Source: an uncultured delta proteobacterium (GTDB lineage Bacteria; Desulfobacterota; RBG-13-43-22). From it: 64,000 bases of DNA. The position numbers were made by a program, and so were the translations under genes. This document shows, one piece after another, positions 50,424 to 60,000 of the stretch. The stretch lies in NCBI GenBank assembly GCA_963843145.1, contig CAWJJC010000027.1, positions 288,001-352,000 of the forward strand, in the 5' to 3' direction. The stretch's first letter is position 1. Each line of letters begins with the position of its first letter. Below the pieces are notes generated by a model. It saw nothing but the letters and a program-made list of their open reading frames with translations, did not search any database and was not told the origin of the DNA.

Positions 50424-51512
50424 ATGACCCTTTCTGCCTCGAATCATGATCGCCTGCTGGAAGAGATCCTCCCGGTCATTCAGAAAAATTGCCGGATCTC
50501 CGATGCCACCCATAGCGGCTTTTATTCCCTTTGCGGGTTGTTTCTGCGTTTGAAAGATCAATTCCTCCTGGAAAAGGATCTGCCCCCCTGGACCGAAACC
50601 GATAAGACGGCCTTGATGGCCTGGATCGAGGCCCGGGAAAACCTCTGGCTCAGCCATCTGGACCTACCTTTTGAGGACCTCACCCTGCAAGGTCGGGGTT
50701 TCGGTTTCCTGGACAATCAGCGGATCAACGACCTCATTTTACCCCAGGGGCTCTATTACGGGGCCGGGTTGGGACGGGGTTTGAAACCGACTTTTTTTCT
50801 GGGGGAAGTGATCGAGCAAAGGAAGTTTGGCAGTTATACGGTCATCACCCTGGATCGGGAATATGCCAGCGACCTGCTGGTGACCCCAGCCGTTCGACGG
50901 GGGAAATGGATCATCCTGCGCTTGAACCCTTTGCGTTTTCTCCTTTGGGGGAAGATCCAGGAAATAGAACACCTGGAACGGGAGGCGACCAAAGCGGCCC
51001 TGGCCTATTACGGCTGGGACCCGGACCAGCCGACTGAAGCCCAGTTGGAGCGCCTGGTCCGTGAAGAAATCGAGGCGGTCCTCTTGCATGAGATTGGGGA
51101 AGGGCGGGACCGGACCCTGCCTTTCAGGTTCTGGACCAACCTCTTGCGCCTTTTTCCCCACAGCCGCCTGGAAATCTATCTGCGCAGTTTGAAAGACCTG
51201 TTAGGGGACACCCACCCGGCCGGCCCGCTGCGCCACATGGTCCAAAACCGGAAGGCCGGCTCCTGGGCTTTTTATGTTTCCAACTTGAAAGGCATGGCTC
51301 GGCTGATTGTTCCGGAAATCGTCGAGGCCTTCTATTCCTTCCAAAAAAATCCCGATTGGGGAGAGATTGAACAAACCCGCCGCAAAATCCGCCGTCGATT
51401 AGTCGCTCAAGGGAACCGGATTCGGGCTTTGGCCGCTGACTTGCTTCCTGGCCACCCCGGCGGATTCCAGCAGGCTTTTGAGGAGGAATTTATGAAGCCC
51501 CTTAAGATATAA
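50424..51512 (+). CDS. Sfum_1244-family conserved protein
   Basis: QKNCRISDA...YSLCGLFLRL, YGAGLG...KPTFFL, LHEIGE. Confidence 0.7.
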   Translation: MTLSASNHDRLLEEILPVIQKNCRISDATHSGFYSLCGLFLRLKDQFLLEKDLPPWTETDKTALMAWIEARENLWLSHLDLPFEDLTLQGRGFGFLDNQRINDLILPQGLYYGAGLGRGLKPTFFLGEVIEQRKFGSYTVITLDREYASDLLVTPAVRRGKWIILRLNPLRFLLWGKIQEIEHLEREATKAALAYYGWDPDQPTEAQLERLVREEIEAVLLHEIGEGRDRTLPFRFWTNLLRLFPHSRLEIYLRSLKDLLGDTHPAGPLRHMVQNRKAGSWAFYVSNLKGMARLIVPEIVEAFYSFQKNPDWGEIEQTRRKIRRRLVAQGNRIRALAADLLPGHPGGFQQAFEEEFMKPLKI

Positions 51513-51520
51513 AGAAAGAT

Positions 51521-51720
51521 GAACATCGAACATCGAACGTCCAACATCGAATGTTGAATGTAATATTTTTTGACGCTTCGGCATTTTCGGTGGGTACCCC
51601 CCCAGATTTGTTATGGCCCGATTTCAGTTTAATCTGCCAGAAATCGTGACCGCCCGCCCAAAAGGACGAACAACTAATTTTTTTTCATTCGATGTTGGAC
51701 GTTCGATGTTCGATGTTCAT
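51521..51720. repeat. Paired inverted AACATCG heptamer arrays
   Basis: gaacatcgaacatcgaacgtccaacatcgaa ... ttcgatgttggacgttcgatgttcgatgttc. Confidence 0.85.
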
Positions 51721-51756
51721 TTAGGCGCGGCGCCTGTCCCACCTCGGCGCCCTACG

Positions 51757-52215
51757 CTACAATAGCGACCGGATCAGCCGCTCGATCTCGTTCTTGGGCA
51801 GGGCCCCTACCTGGCGGTTGACTAATTGCCCCCCTTTAAAAAAAAGGAGCGTCGGGATGCTCTGAATTTGAAATTGCCCGGCGATCCTCTGATTCTGATC
51901 CGTGTTCAATTTGGCGATTTTAACCCGTCCGGCGTATTCCCCGGCCAATTGGTCCATGATCGGCCCTACCGTTCGGCAGGGGCCGCACCAGGGGGCCCAG
52001 CAGTCCACCAGCACCGGTCCCGTGTGCTGGATCACTTCCCGGGCAAAGGTCTGGTCGCTCACTTCCACCGGGCGACCCGGAAAAGACCCTGCCGCCGGCA
52101 ATGGAGTTTTGCATTTACCGCAAACCGCCCGGTCCTTTTGCCGGGCCGCGGGAATTCTATTTTTTGCCCCGCATCGGGGACAAGGAACAATAAGCGTATC
52201 ACCGGTCATGGCCAC
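51757..52215 (-). CDS. trxC: Thioredoxin 2 with N-terminal zinc ribbon
   Basis: CPRCGAKNR...CGKC, WAPWCGPC. Confidence 0.92.
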   Translation of the reverse strand: MAMTGDTLIVPCPRCGAKNRIPAARQKDRAVCGKCKTPLPAAGSFPGRPVEVSDQTFAREVIQHTGPVLVDCWAPWCGPCRTVGPIMDQLAGEYAGRVKIAKLNTDQNQRIAGQFQIQSIPTLLFFKGGQLVNRQVGALPKNEIERLIRSLL

Positions 52216-52272
52216 CCCCTTGATTGCTTTAATTAATAGAAAGTAAGAATGGTTGGACTCAAAATCAAGATA

Positions 52273-53169
52273 TTATCTTTTATTGACCCAATAAATCCCC
52301 ACGGAGATCAGGGCCAGGGAGATCAGCAGGGAGAGGCTGATCGGTTCCCCCAACAACAGGCTGCTGAGGAAGACCCCGGAGATGGGAGTAAAAAAGGAAA
52401 AAGCGGCCAACGTGGTGGCGGGGTAGATATGCAAAAGATAAAACCAGGCCCAGTAACTCAACCAGGCCACGATAATCGTTTGATAAAATAGTGAAAGAAG
52501 TATCGTTTGATCGAGATACCGGATGGGACTCCCCTCCAGGAAGAAACTCAAGCCAAACAGGACCGGAGCGGAAAACAACAGTTGATAGATCAGGGTTTGA
52601 AAGGCGCTGCAGGAGCGGATCAGAAATTTTTTGATATACAGCGTGGTGGCTGCCCAGCCCAACGCGCCCAGCAGGACATAAAAATCTCCCTTCAAGACGG
52701 TGGCCGAAAAATGCCGCAAGCCTTCCGAGAAGGCGAAGGCCAGTCCGGTAAAAGCCAGGAGCAATCCCGCGAACCGCTTCCAGCTCAGACGATCCCCCGG
52801 AAGGAAGTAATGCGCCCCCAGGGCCACCCAGAAGGGATGGGTGTACAGGAAGATATAAGCCCGGCCGGCAAAGGTATAGCGTTGGGACAAGTAAATAAAG
52901 GCGAACTCCACCCCGAAAAGCACCCCCACAATAACCGCGTGCATTTTATTGAAGGCCGGTGGGAAGACCCGCTCTTTCCGAATACGCATCCAGAAATACA
53001 TCAGACCGGCGGCCACCAGGGAACGCAGTCCCGCCGTGAACATCGGGGCCATTCCCCGGTTGGTGAATTTGATGGCCGCCATGTTCCCGCCCCAGAGGGT
53101 GCAGAGGATCAGCAGAATGACAACGGCTTTCCAGTCCAAATGGGTTTTTTGCGTATAGAGGGAGGACAT
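52273..53169 (-). CDS. DMT/EamA family transporter
   Basis: About ten TM helices in two EamA repeats. Confidence 0.9.
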   Translation of the reverse strand: MSSLYTQKTHLDWKAVVILLILCTLWGGNMAAIKFTNRGMAPMFTAGLRSLVAAGLMYFWMRIRKERVFPPAFNKMHAVIVGVLFGVEFAFIYLSQRYTFAGRAYIFLYTHPFWVALGAHYFLPGDRLSWKRFAGLLLAFTGLAFAFSEGLRHFSATVLKGDFYVLLGALGWAATTLYIKKFLIRSCSAFQTLIYQLLFSAPVLFGLSFFLEGSPIRYLDQTILLSLFYQTIIVAWLSYWAWFYLLHIYPATTLAAFSFFTPISGVFLSSLLLGEPISLSLLISLALISVGIYWVNKR

Positions 53170-53207
53170 GAGGGAAGGAGACGGGTGGTTTTACGTATGG
53201 GGTCCTT

Positions 53208-53332
53208 AAATCCGAAATCCGAAACACGAAATCCGAAACAAGCACGAAGGTCCAAAATCCAAATGATCAAAACAAAAACGTTTCGAATTTTGAGGTTTGG
53301 GCATTTGAATTTGTTTCGAGTTTCCGATTTTG
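53208..53332. repeat. Inverted AAATCCG heptamer array
   Basis: aaatccgaaatccgaaacacgaaatccgaaac ... tttgtttcgagtttccgatttt. Confidence 0.7.
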
Positions 53333-53345
53333 TTTTCTAATTTAA

Positions 53346-53391
53346 TTTTTTTGAGGCCCCCTTCGGTTAGCCTCGGGAGGCTTCAAAAAAA
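53346..53391. terminator. Bidirectional Rho-independent terminator after tatD
   Basis: tttttttgaggcccccttcggttagcctcgggaggcttcaaaaaaa. Confidence 0.65.
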
Positions 53392-54132
53392 TTAGACGAT
53401 ACCAAAAATATTCCGGGCGTTCTGATTGGTCCTTAAAACGACTTCTTCCGGATCCATCCGCTTAATCCGGGCCAGCTCGGTCAAGCTCTGGATCACCTGG
53501 GCCGGCCGGGCTTCCACCCCCTGATAGCGCACCGGAGAATCGGTTTCCAGCAGTATCTGTTTGAGGGGCGTGACGGCTACGGCTTCCTGGTGTTTGGGAC
53601 TGTAGGCCAGCGCCGGAGTGGCGGAGATGGAATATCCCTGGAGCAAAAGGTTCTTCAGGACTTCTATCGGGCCGCTGTACCAATGAAAAATGGCCTGGGT
53701 GAGGTCATTCTTCCGGACCAGCTCATAGCTCTCCTCATGGGCCAACCGAGAATGGATGATAACCGGCTTTTTTCTTTTCCAGGCCAGATCCAACAGGTCC
53801 TGAAAAACCAGATATTGCAATTCTTTTTCCACCGGGACCTTAAAATCCAGCCCTATTTCACCTAACGCCACGACCTGATCCAGATGCTCTTGAATAAACA
53901 GCAGATTGTCCCGCACCCCCGACAAGGTTATTTTCCAGGGGTGGTAGCCGATAGCCGGATAAACGAAGCCGGGATAGCGGCGGGCCAGGTCCAGGATCTT
54001 TTTGTTGGAGACTAAATCCATGCCCACGGCCACAATGGCCGCGACATTGGCCTCGCGAGCTTCTTGGAGGACCCGGTCCGGATCAGGGAATTCGTCCAGA
54101 TGGACATGCGTATCAATGACCGGGATATTCAT
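53392..54132 (-). CDS. tatD: TatD family hydrolase
   Basis: IDTHVHL, GYHP, GEIGLD, IIHSR, FHWY, LETDSP. Confidence 0.92.
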   Translation of the reverse strand: MNIPVIDTHVHLDEFPDPDRVLQEAREANVAAIVAVGMDLVSNKKILDLARRYPGFVYPAIGYHPWKITLSGVRDNLLFIQEHLDQVVALGEIGLDFKVPVEKELQYLVFQDLLDLAWKRKKPVIIHSRLAHEESYELVRKNDLTQAIFHWYSGPIEVLKNLLLQGYSISATPALAYSPKHQEAVAVTPLKQILLETDSPVRYQGVEARPAQVIQSLTELARIKRMDPEEVVLRTNQNARNIFGIV

Positions 54133-54243
54133 TGTTGGGCTTTTTGCGAGATTCTCATGGATTAACTATAGTATTCCCCGTCCGAATTCGCAACCCAATT
54201 ATCCGTTACGGCGGGACCGACCGGTTGTCTTTTTGTCGCTTCG

Positions 54244-54324
54244 CCCTTTTGGGTGGGTGGCCACAATACAGGGTAGCCCAGTCTTAAATCGGAACTGTGT
54301 GGCCGCCGGGCCTCGGCGAAAGGG
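54244..54324. repeat. 81-bp dispersed repeat, copy B, folding into a long hairpin
   Basis: CCCTTTTG/CGAAAGGG and GGTGGCCACA/TGTGGCCGCC stems. Confidence 0.75.
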
Positions 54325-54333
54325 TTTTCCTCC

Positions 54334-56472
54334 TTATTTAACCACAAACGCCACGGAATCGACGAGACGGTTTTCCCGGTCCACCAGGGACAATACAAAT
54401 TTCCCGCGCTCCGGTTTCCATAAAAACAGCGGATCGGAATTGCCGGTCTTCCGGTCGTTTATCACCCACTCGTACGGGTGGGTGGGAGGCTGAAATTGAA
54501 AAGGGACCCGCTGCAGGTCTTCCGGGATTTCGGGATCGAGGCTGATCAGCGTATCCGGGGCCGGGTAGATGATCCGGGGTTTCTGATAGTTCGTATCCAG
54601 CCGGACGGGGAAAACCGGTTCGCTGCCCTTTAGAAACCGCTCTTCTCTTGGCGGTTCCAGGTCCTGATGATAGGAAACCCGGGCCGCCGTCACCCCGGCG
54701 GATAATCGGGGAGGGTTGGAAGGCCGGTTGGCGTGCAGGGTATTCATCATCTCCAGCCAGACCGGCGCCGCTCCGGATACACCGCTCACATTTTTCATCG
54801 GCTCCCCGGAAAAATTCCCCACCCAGACCCCCACCGTATATTTCTCCGAATATCCCAGACACCAGTTATCGCGCATGTCCTTGCTGGTCCCGGTCTTGAC
54901 GGCGGTCCAAAACCGGGTGGACAAAGAATTTTCAAGTCCGAAGGTGATGCTTCGAGCTTCCCGGTCGGCCAGGATATGGGAGACGATCCAGGCCGCGTTT
55001 TTATCGAAGACCCGCACCGGATTTCCCGTCTTTTGATCCGGGCGGAGTTTCAGTTCACTCCATTGCCCCCCATTGGCCAGGGTTCGATAGGCGTTAGCCA
55101 GTTCGCGGAGGGTAATGTCCGCCGAGCCGAGGGCCAGAGAATACCCGTAATAGTCCGCCTCTTCGGTCAGGCTGTCAAAGCCCAACTGCTTGAGCCGGTC
55201 CCTAAAGGGCTGGAGGCCGACCAGCAGCAGGGTCCGGACCGCGGGGATATTGATCGAGGCTGAGAGTGCCGTCCGGACACTCACCGGACCTCTGAATAAA
55301 TGGTCATAATTTTGGGGAACATAAAGCCCCGTTGCCGTGGGCACCTGGAGCGGGGAATCATCGAGGAGCGAGGCCGGGGTCAGGAGTCCTTTTTCAATGG
55401 CCAACCCGTACAGAAAGGGTTTGAGCGTTGATCCGGCCTGTCTTCGGGCGGTGACCCCATCCACCCAGGAGGCGCTGGCGGTCGGCCCGCTGTTCCCCAC
55501 ATAGGCCAGGATTTCACCCGTCCCATTGTCGATGACCAGAACCGCCCCATCGGAGACCCGGCCGTCCTTTAAGCTACCCAAGGCTTGGTTCAGCGTTTCC
55601 AGGGCCAACCGTTGCAACCGGCCGTCAATGGTGGAAACGACTCTGGTTTCCCCATCCTGCATCAGGATCCGGGCCGCCTGGGGGGCCAGGGCGGCTGCGG
55701 GTCTTATCCGGTAAGCGGTTCGCAACCGTTCATCGGCCAGGGCTTTAATCGTCGGAGCGGCAGTCGCTGCGCCCAGGGACTGCCCCAGGAAACAGGCCCG
55801 CTTGATGATACGGTCTACGGGGGCATTGGGCGCGGTAATGAGTGCGGCCAGGATCAAGGATTCGGCTTCGTTCAATCCGCTGGGTTCTTTGTCGAAAAGC
55901 CCCCGGGAGGCGGCGGACAACCCCTGCAATTCAACCCGGTAGGAAACCAGGTTGACATAGGCTTCGAGAATCTGTTCCTTGGACCAGGTCTTTTCCAGCT
56001 CCAGGGCGGCCAGCATCTGGTTCCATTTCTGTTTTAAAGTCCTCCTCCCCTTCCGAGGTTTGAGCCTTTTCTGGAGCAGACCGGAAAGCTGCATGGTGAT
56101 CGTGCTGCCACCCCTCTTCCGCTCCGCCAACGGATTTTCTAAAGCGGAGGCGGCCAATCCCAACCAGTCCACTCCATGATGCCGATAAAACCGCCGATCT
56201 TCCGCCCCCAGGAGCGCCTGAAGGAAGGCCGGAGAAATCTCTTTCCAGGAGACCCAGGCCAGCCTCCGGCCCTGCTTATCAATCCTCAACTCCTGAATGA
56301 CCTGTCCTTGTCGGTCGAGAAGCAGGGCATCCGATTTTTTATAGGCATTTTTAACCGTTTCAAAGGAGGGCGATTTCTGAAGATCGGCCGCGCTGATCAA
56401 ACAAATCCCCAGCCCGACCAGGAGAATAACCAGGGAAAGCGCGACCCATTTCAGTATTCGGGACTTATTCAT
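54334..56472 (-). CDS. pbpC: Penicillin-binding protein 1C
   Basis: EDRRFYRHHGVD, GGSTITMQ, GSTLKPF, SIN, KTGTS, C-terminal PBP1C domain. Confidence 0.95.
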   Translation of the reverse strand: MNKSRILKWVALSLVILLVGLGICLISAADLQKSPSFETVKNAYKKSDALLLDRQGQVIQELRIDKQGRRLAWVSWKEISPAFLQALLGAEDRRFYRHHGVDWLGLAASALENPLAERKRGGSTITMQLSGLLQKRLKPRKGRRTLKQKWNQMLAALELEKTWSKEQILEAYVNLVSYRVELQGLSAASRGLFDKEPSGLNEAESLILAALITAPNAPVDRIIKRACFLGQSLGAATAAPTIKALADERLRTAYRIRPAAALAPQAARILMQDGETRVVSTIDGRLQRLALETLNQALGSLKDGRVSDGAVLVIDNGTGEILAYVGNSGPTASASWVDGVTARRQAGSTLKPFLYGLAIEKGLLTPASLLDDSPLQVPTATGLYVPQNYDHLFRGPVSVRTALSASINIPAVRTLLLVGLQPFRDRLKQLGFDSLTEEADYYGYSLALGSADITLRELANAYRTLANGGQWSELKLRPDQKTGNPVRVFDKNAAWIVSHILADREARSITFGLENSLSTRFWTAVKTGTSKDMRDNWCLGYSEKYTVGVWVGNFSGEPMKNVSGVSGAAPVWLEMMNTLHANRPSNPPRLSAGVTAARVSYHQDLEPPREERFLKGSEPVFPVRLDTNYQKPRIIYPAPDTLISLDPEIPEDLQRVPFQFQPPTHPYEWVINDRKTGNSDPLFLWKPERGKFVLSLVDRENRLVDSVAFVVK

Positions 56473-56490
56473 AGTATCATTTGACGTATT

Positions 56491-57000
56491 GAACGTCGAA
56501 CATCCAACATCGAACATCGAACATCGAATGAAGGTTTGTTTTTCGTAGGGCCGGCGACCCCGCCGGCCGGCTGAGTGAGGGATAGGGTGCCCTGCACATC
56601 CAAGGTAAGGCTACGGCGACGGTGACCAAATCCGGCCCCGATTTGGGCGGCGAGGTCGCCGCCCCTACGAAAGACCACTTCGTCATTCGGGATTCGAAGT
56701 CGGAAATTCGAAATTCGTTTCTATTTTCATACTAACCCCCCATGCCCGGGGCGGGCACCCACGAAGCATGAAAATACATGGACTTGCCAGCAAAGACGTC
56801 ATTGCGAGGAGTGGAGCGACGAAGCAATCCCCCAACTGGCTCCCGGGTTCCTCTAAGCTGTCGATGGGGATTGCTTCGCTCCGCTCGCAATGACCGGAGC
56901 TGGGGCTATTTTCGTATTAAACCCCCATGCCCGCGGGCGGGCGCCCAAACGCATGAAAATATTTCAATAAATACTCACAGCCGAGGGCGGCTGTGCTACA
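56491..57000. repeat. Composite cluster of several REP/palindromic element families
   Basis: AACATCG array; CGTAGGG...CCCTACG pair; 55-bp direct repeats 56722-56776 and 56907-56961 flanking GTCATTGCGAG...CTCGCAATGAC; CACAGCCGAGGGCGGCTGTG. Confidence 0.8.
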
Positions 57001-57038
57001 TTATGCTGTGGCCACCCTCCAGGAGGGTGAACAACCCA

Positions 57039-60000
57039 TCATTTTTTTATCTCCATCTTCCGGTTCGGCAGTTCTCCGAACATCTCCGGGGAATAGAGGG
57101 CCTCGGCCCGGGTTTCCGGCAAATAAAAGAGGCCTTCATTATTGAGCCGGAGGGTGTATTCCACCGTCCATTTCCCCTTGGGGACAAATTCGTAATAAAC
57201 CCTCAACGCTTCAAAAGAACGTTCCCGGAAAGCCTCCCAGGGCCGGCCCTGCTCCTGCTCGCCCCCGGAGAGCAGACTTGAATCCCTTCCCAGACCGCTG
57301 CCGAGTATCAGCGCCCCTCCGGGGATGGGATCACTGACCACGACCCAGGTCCGATCCGCCTGGGATTCCAATTCGATCCGCACCCGGATCACGTCGCCCT
57401 TGCTCCAAAGGCCCTTAATTTTTTGCTCCATCGGAATGAGCGTCTTTTTGATGGCATACCCGGTGAAAAAAGGCTGCTTCAAAGGGATGGCCGCCCGGCT
57501 GGTGACAATGGCCCAGGGGTTTCCGGCGCCTTTATGAGTAATTTGAAGGGCTTCTCTCTTTTTGCCCCAAGGAAAGGCGATCTCCCCTCCGGCCGGGTTC
57601 TTCCTCCAGTCCAGCGTTTGCGTTTTATTCGAGAGCGCCGCCTCGGTGAAACCGGTGACGGGTCCCGATTCGTGGATCGCCCCGAATTTTTCCAGGGCCA
57701 GCAGGCCCCAGGCATTGGCCGGGGTCGTATCCCAGTGTCCCCTTTTCATTCGCTCCAACAGACCCCGAACCATTCGGGGCTGATCTTCCTTCCAGCCCTC
57801 CAAAGGGAGGGTGGTCAGCAGCGCCCTGACGGCATTGGTGTCCGGGCTGGCCATGAGCCACCAAAGATTGTCCGTCTTTTCGCTGGAAAAGCCCAAAAGG
57901 GTTCCCTGGAGATTCATCCGCGAGCGGAGGCTTTGCTCGGCTTCCCTCAGTTTTTTCAGCCGGTCGGGGAGCTCTTTAACCCGCTGCAGGACGTTTATCC
58001 AGTCCAGGACCGCCGAGGTGGGCCAGAGCGAAGGTTCCGGGACAATGGTGGTCAGCAGCCCGGCGGGTGCTTCTCCGTAACGGGAAAGGGCCTCCATGGC
58101 GGACAGTTTCCTTAAGGTCAGGTCGGCCGCCGGCCAAACGGACTGCCGGATGACCCGTCCTTCGATGAAGGCTTTAAGCCCCTGGAGCATCTGTTTTCTC
58201 AACGGGCCGGGGATCTCCTGCCCGGCCTCCTGGCTGATGGAGAGCACGTAGGCCGTCAGGACCTCGCTTCCCTGTTTCATGTTGGGAAAATATTTGGCCA
58301 GGCCCTGATCGTCGAGATAGGAAGGGAGTTCTGCCATCAGGGACGGCCAGGCCTCCTTTTCCCGCGCCACGATAGCCTTGGAGAGTTTCTGTTCCAGGCA
58401 AAGGTAGGGGTATTTTTTCATGTACTCGATCAGGGCGCCAAGACCCTCCAGCAATTTAGGCTTCAACGCCAGGCGGGTCCCGCCCCGGCCGGGAACAGCG
58501 TCTCCGGGCATCTCCACCTCCAAACGCACCGGATCCTTGAGCTGAAAAAGGGTGGCCTGAACGGTTCGCACCGAAACGGCGGGGGCTATTTTCTGGGAGA
58601 CCTTGATCCGGTCCCGGGCGGTCCCTCCCACTTCCTGGATCAAGGCCTCGTAGTCCGTTCTTTCAATCCCCAGGGGCGCGGTAACCTCCCAGCCGATTTC
58701 TTTGGCCTCACCGGCCGGGATGGTTTCTTTGACCGGTTCTCTGGCTTGTTTTCCCCGGACATCCTGCATCGCCAGGGCGGCCTCCACCCGCATTTCTCTG
58801 GTAGAGGCGTTCCGCACGGTGAAGCCGGCCCAAAAACGGTCCCCTTCCCGCACCAGCGGGGGGATCCCCGAGAGAATCATCAGTTCCTGGGCGGCCCGGA
58901 TGCTGGTGCCACCCGTCCCAAAATAACCTGCTCCTCCGTTGGCCACCGCCGTTATTCGGAAGGAGGTCAGGGAATCGTTGAGGGGAAACTTTACCTCGGC
59001 TTCGCCGTTTTCATCCAAAAGCACCACCCCTTTCCAGTAGACAAGGGTATTGAACAATTCCCGGGTGAACTGCCTTCCACCGCCGCCTCCGTGCGGGAGG
59101 GCCTTGCGGCCGAAATGCCTTTTCCCGATCACCATCATCTGGGCGGTGGCCGTCTCCACGTCGCACCCGGCCCGCTTCATCATCGCCTCCAGCAGTTTCC
59201 AACTTTCATTGGGCTTCAGCTCCAACAGGCCTTCATCGACCACGGCCACAGCCGCTTCACTTCCTGGGGGAGGCGGCTTCCCGTCGGCGGTTCTGACCCT
59301 TATCCGGACCGCCACGGTTTCCCGGGCCGTATAGGTTTTCTTATCCGACGACACCTCCACCTTCAACTCGTGGGCCTTCCAGCCCACCCGGATCTCAGTC
59401 AGACCCAGTTTGTAGGCGGGCTTCCCCGGATCAAAGGCGGCGGTCGGCCGGCTCCCGGTAACCCGGCCTCTAACCACCAGGGCGGAGATAAATACATTGG
59501 GCGCGTAATTCGCTTTCACCGGAATTTCTACCATGGGATTCGCCCGGGAAAGTCTCTTGATATAGGCTTCCAGGACCCCTTCCCGTTCCACGGTAATCAG
59601 GGCCGTGGCCTCCCGAAAAGGCAGCTTCACCTGAAAGCGGGCCTGTTCGCCGGGCTCCCATTGTCTCTTATCCGGAAGGATATCCATGCGGTCATCGTTT
59701 CGGGCTTCCAACCAAAGGTCGTCCTTCCCGGGAATCCAGATCTCCAGGTGCGTCAGGGCCCGGGGGCCTGATTCGCCGGAGACTTCGGCCTGAATGAGCA
59801 GCGAACCGGTAACGGGCGATGGGGCGTCAACGTGCAAAATCCCGTTTCGGTCTGTTTTGCCCTGAAAATGCGGGCCGATTTCCTTAATCTCGTTTACATG
59901 TTCGTAGGCATAAAATCCTCCAGCCAGGCGTTTCCGGTGAGAATAGGTTTTTCTCTGAAAGAGGGTCGTCTTCACCTCCACAGCGGGCCTCGGCCGGCCT

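Noticed and set aside
54140-54330. 6S RNA or known riboswitch upstream of tatD
   Set aside because: No consensus of 6S, c-di-GMP, TPP, cobalamin, SAM or Moco families recognised; kept only as an unexplained repeat
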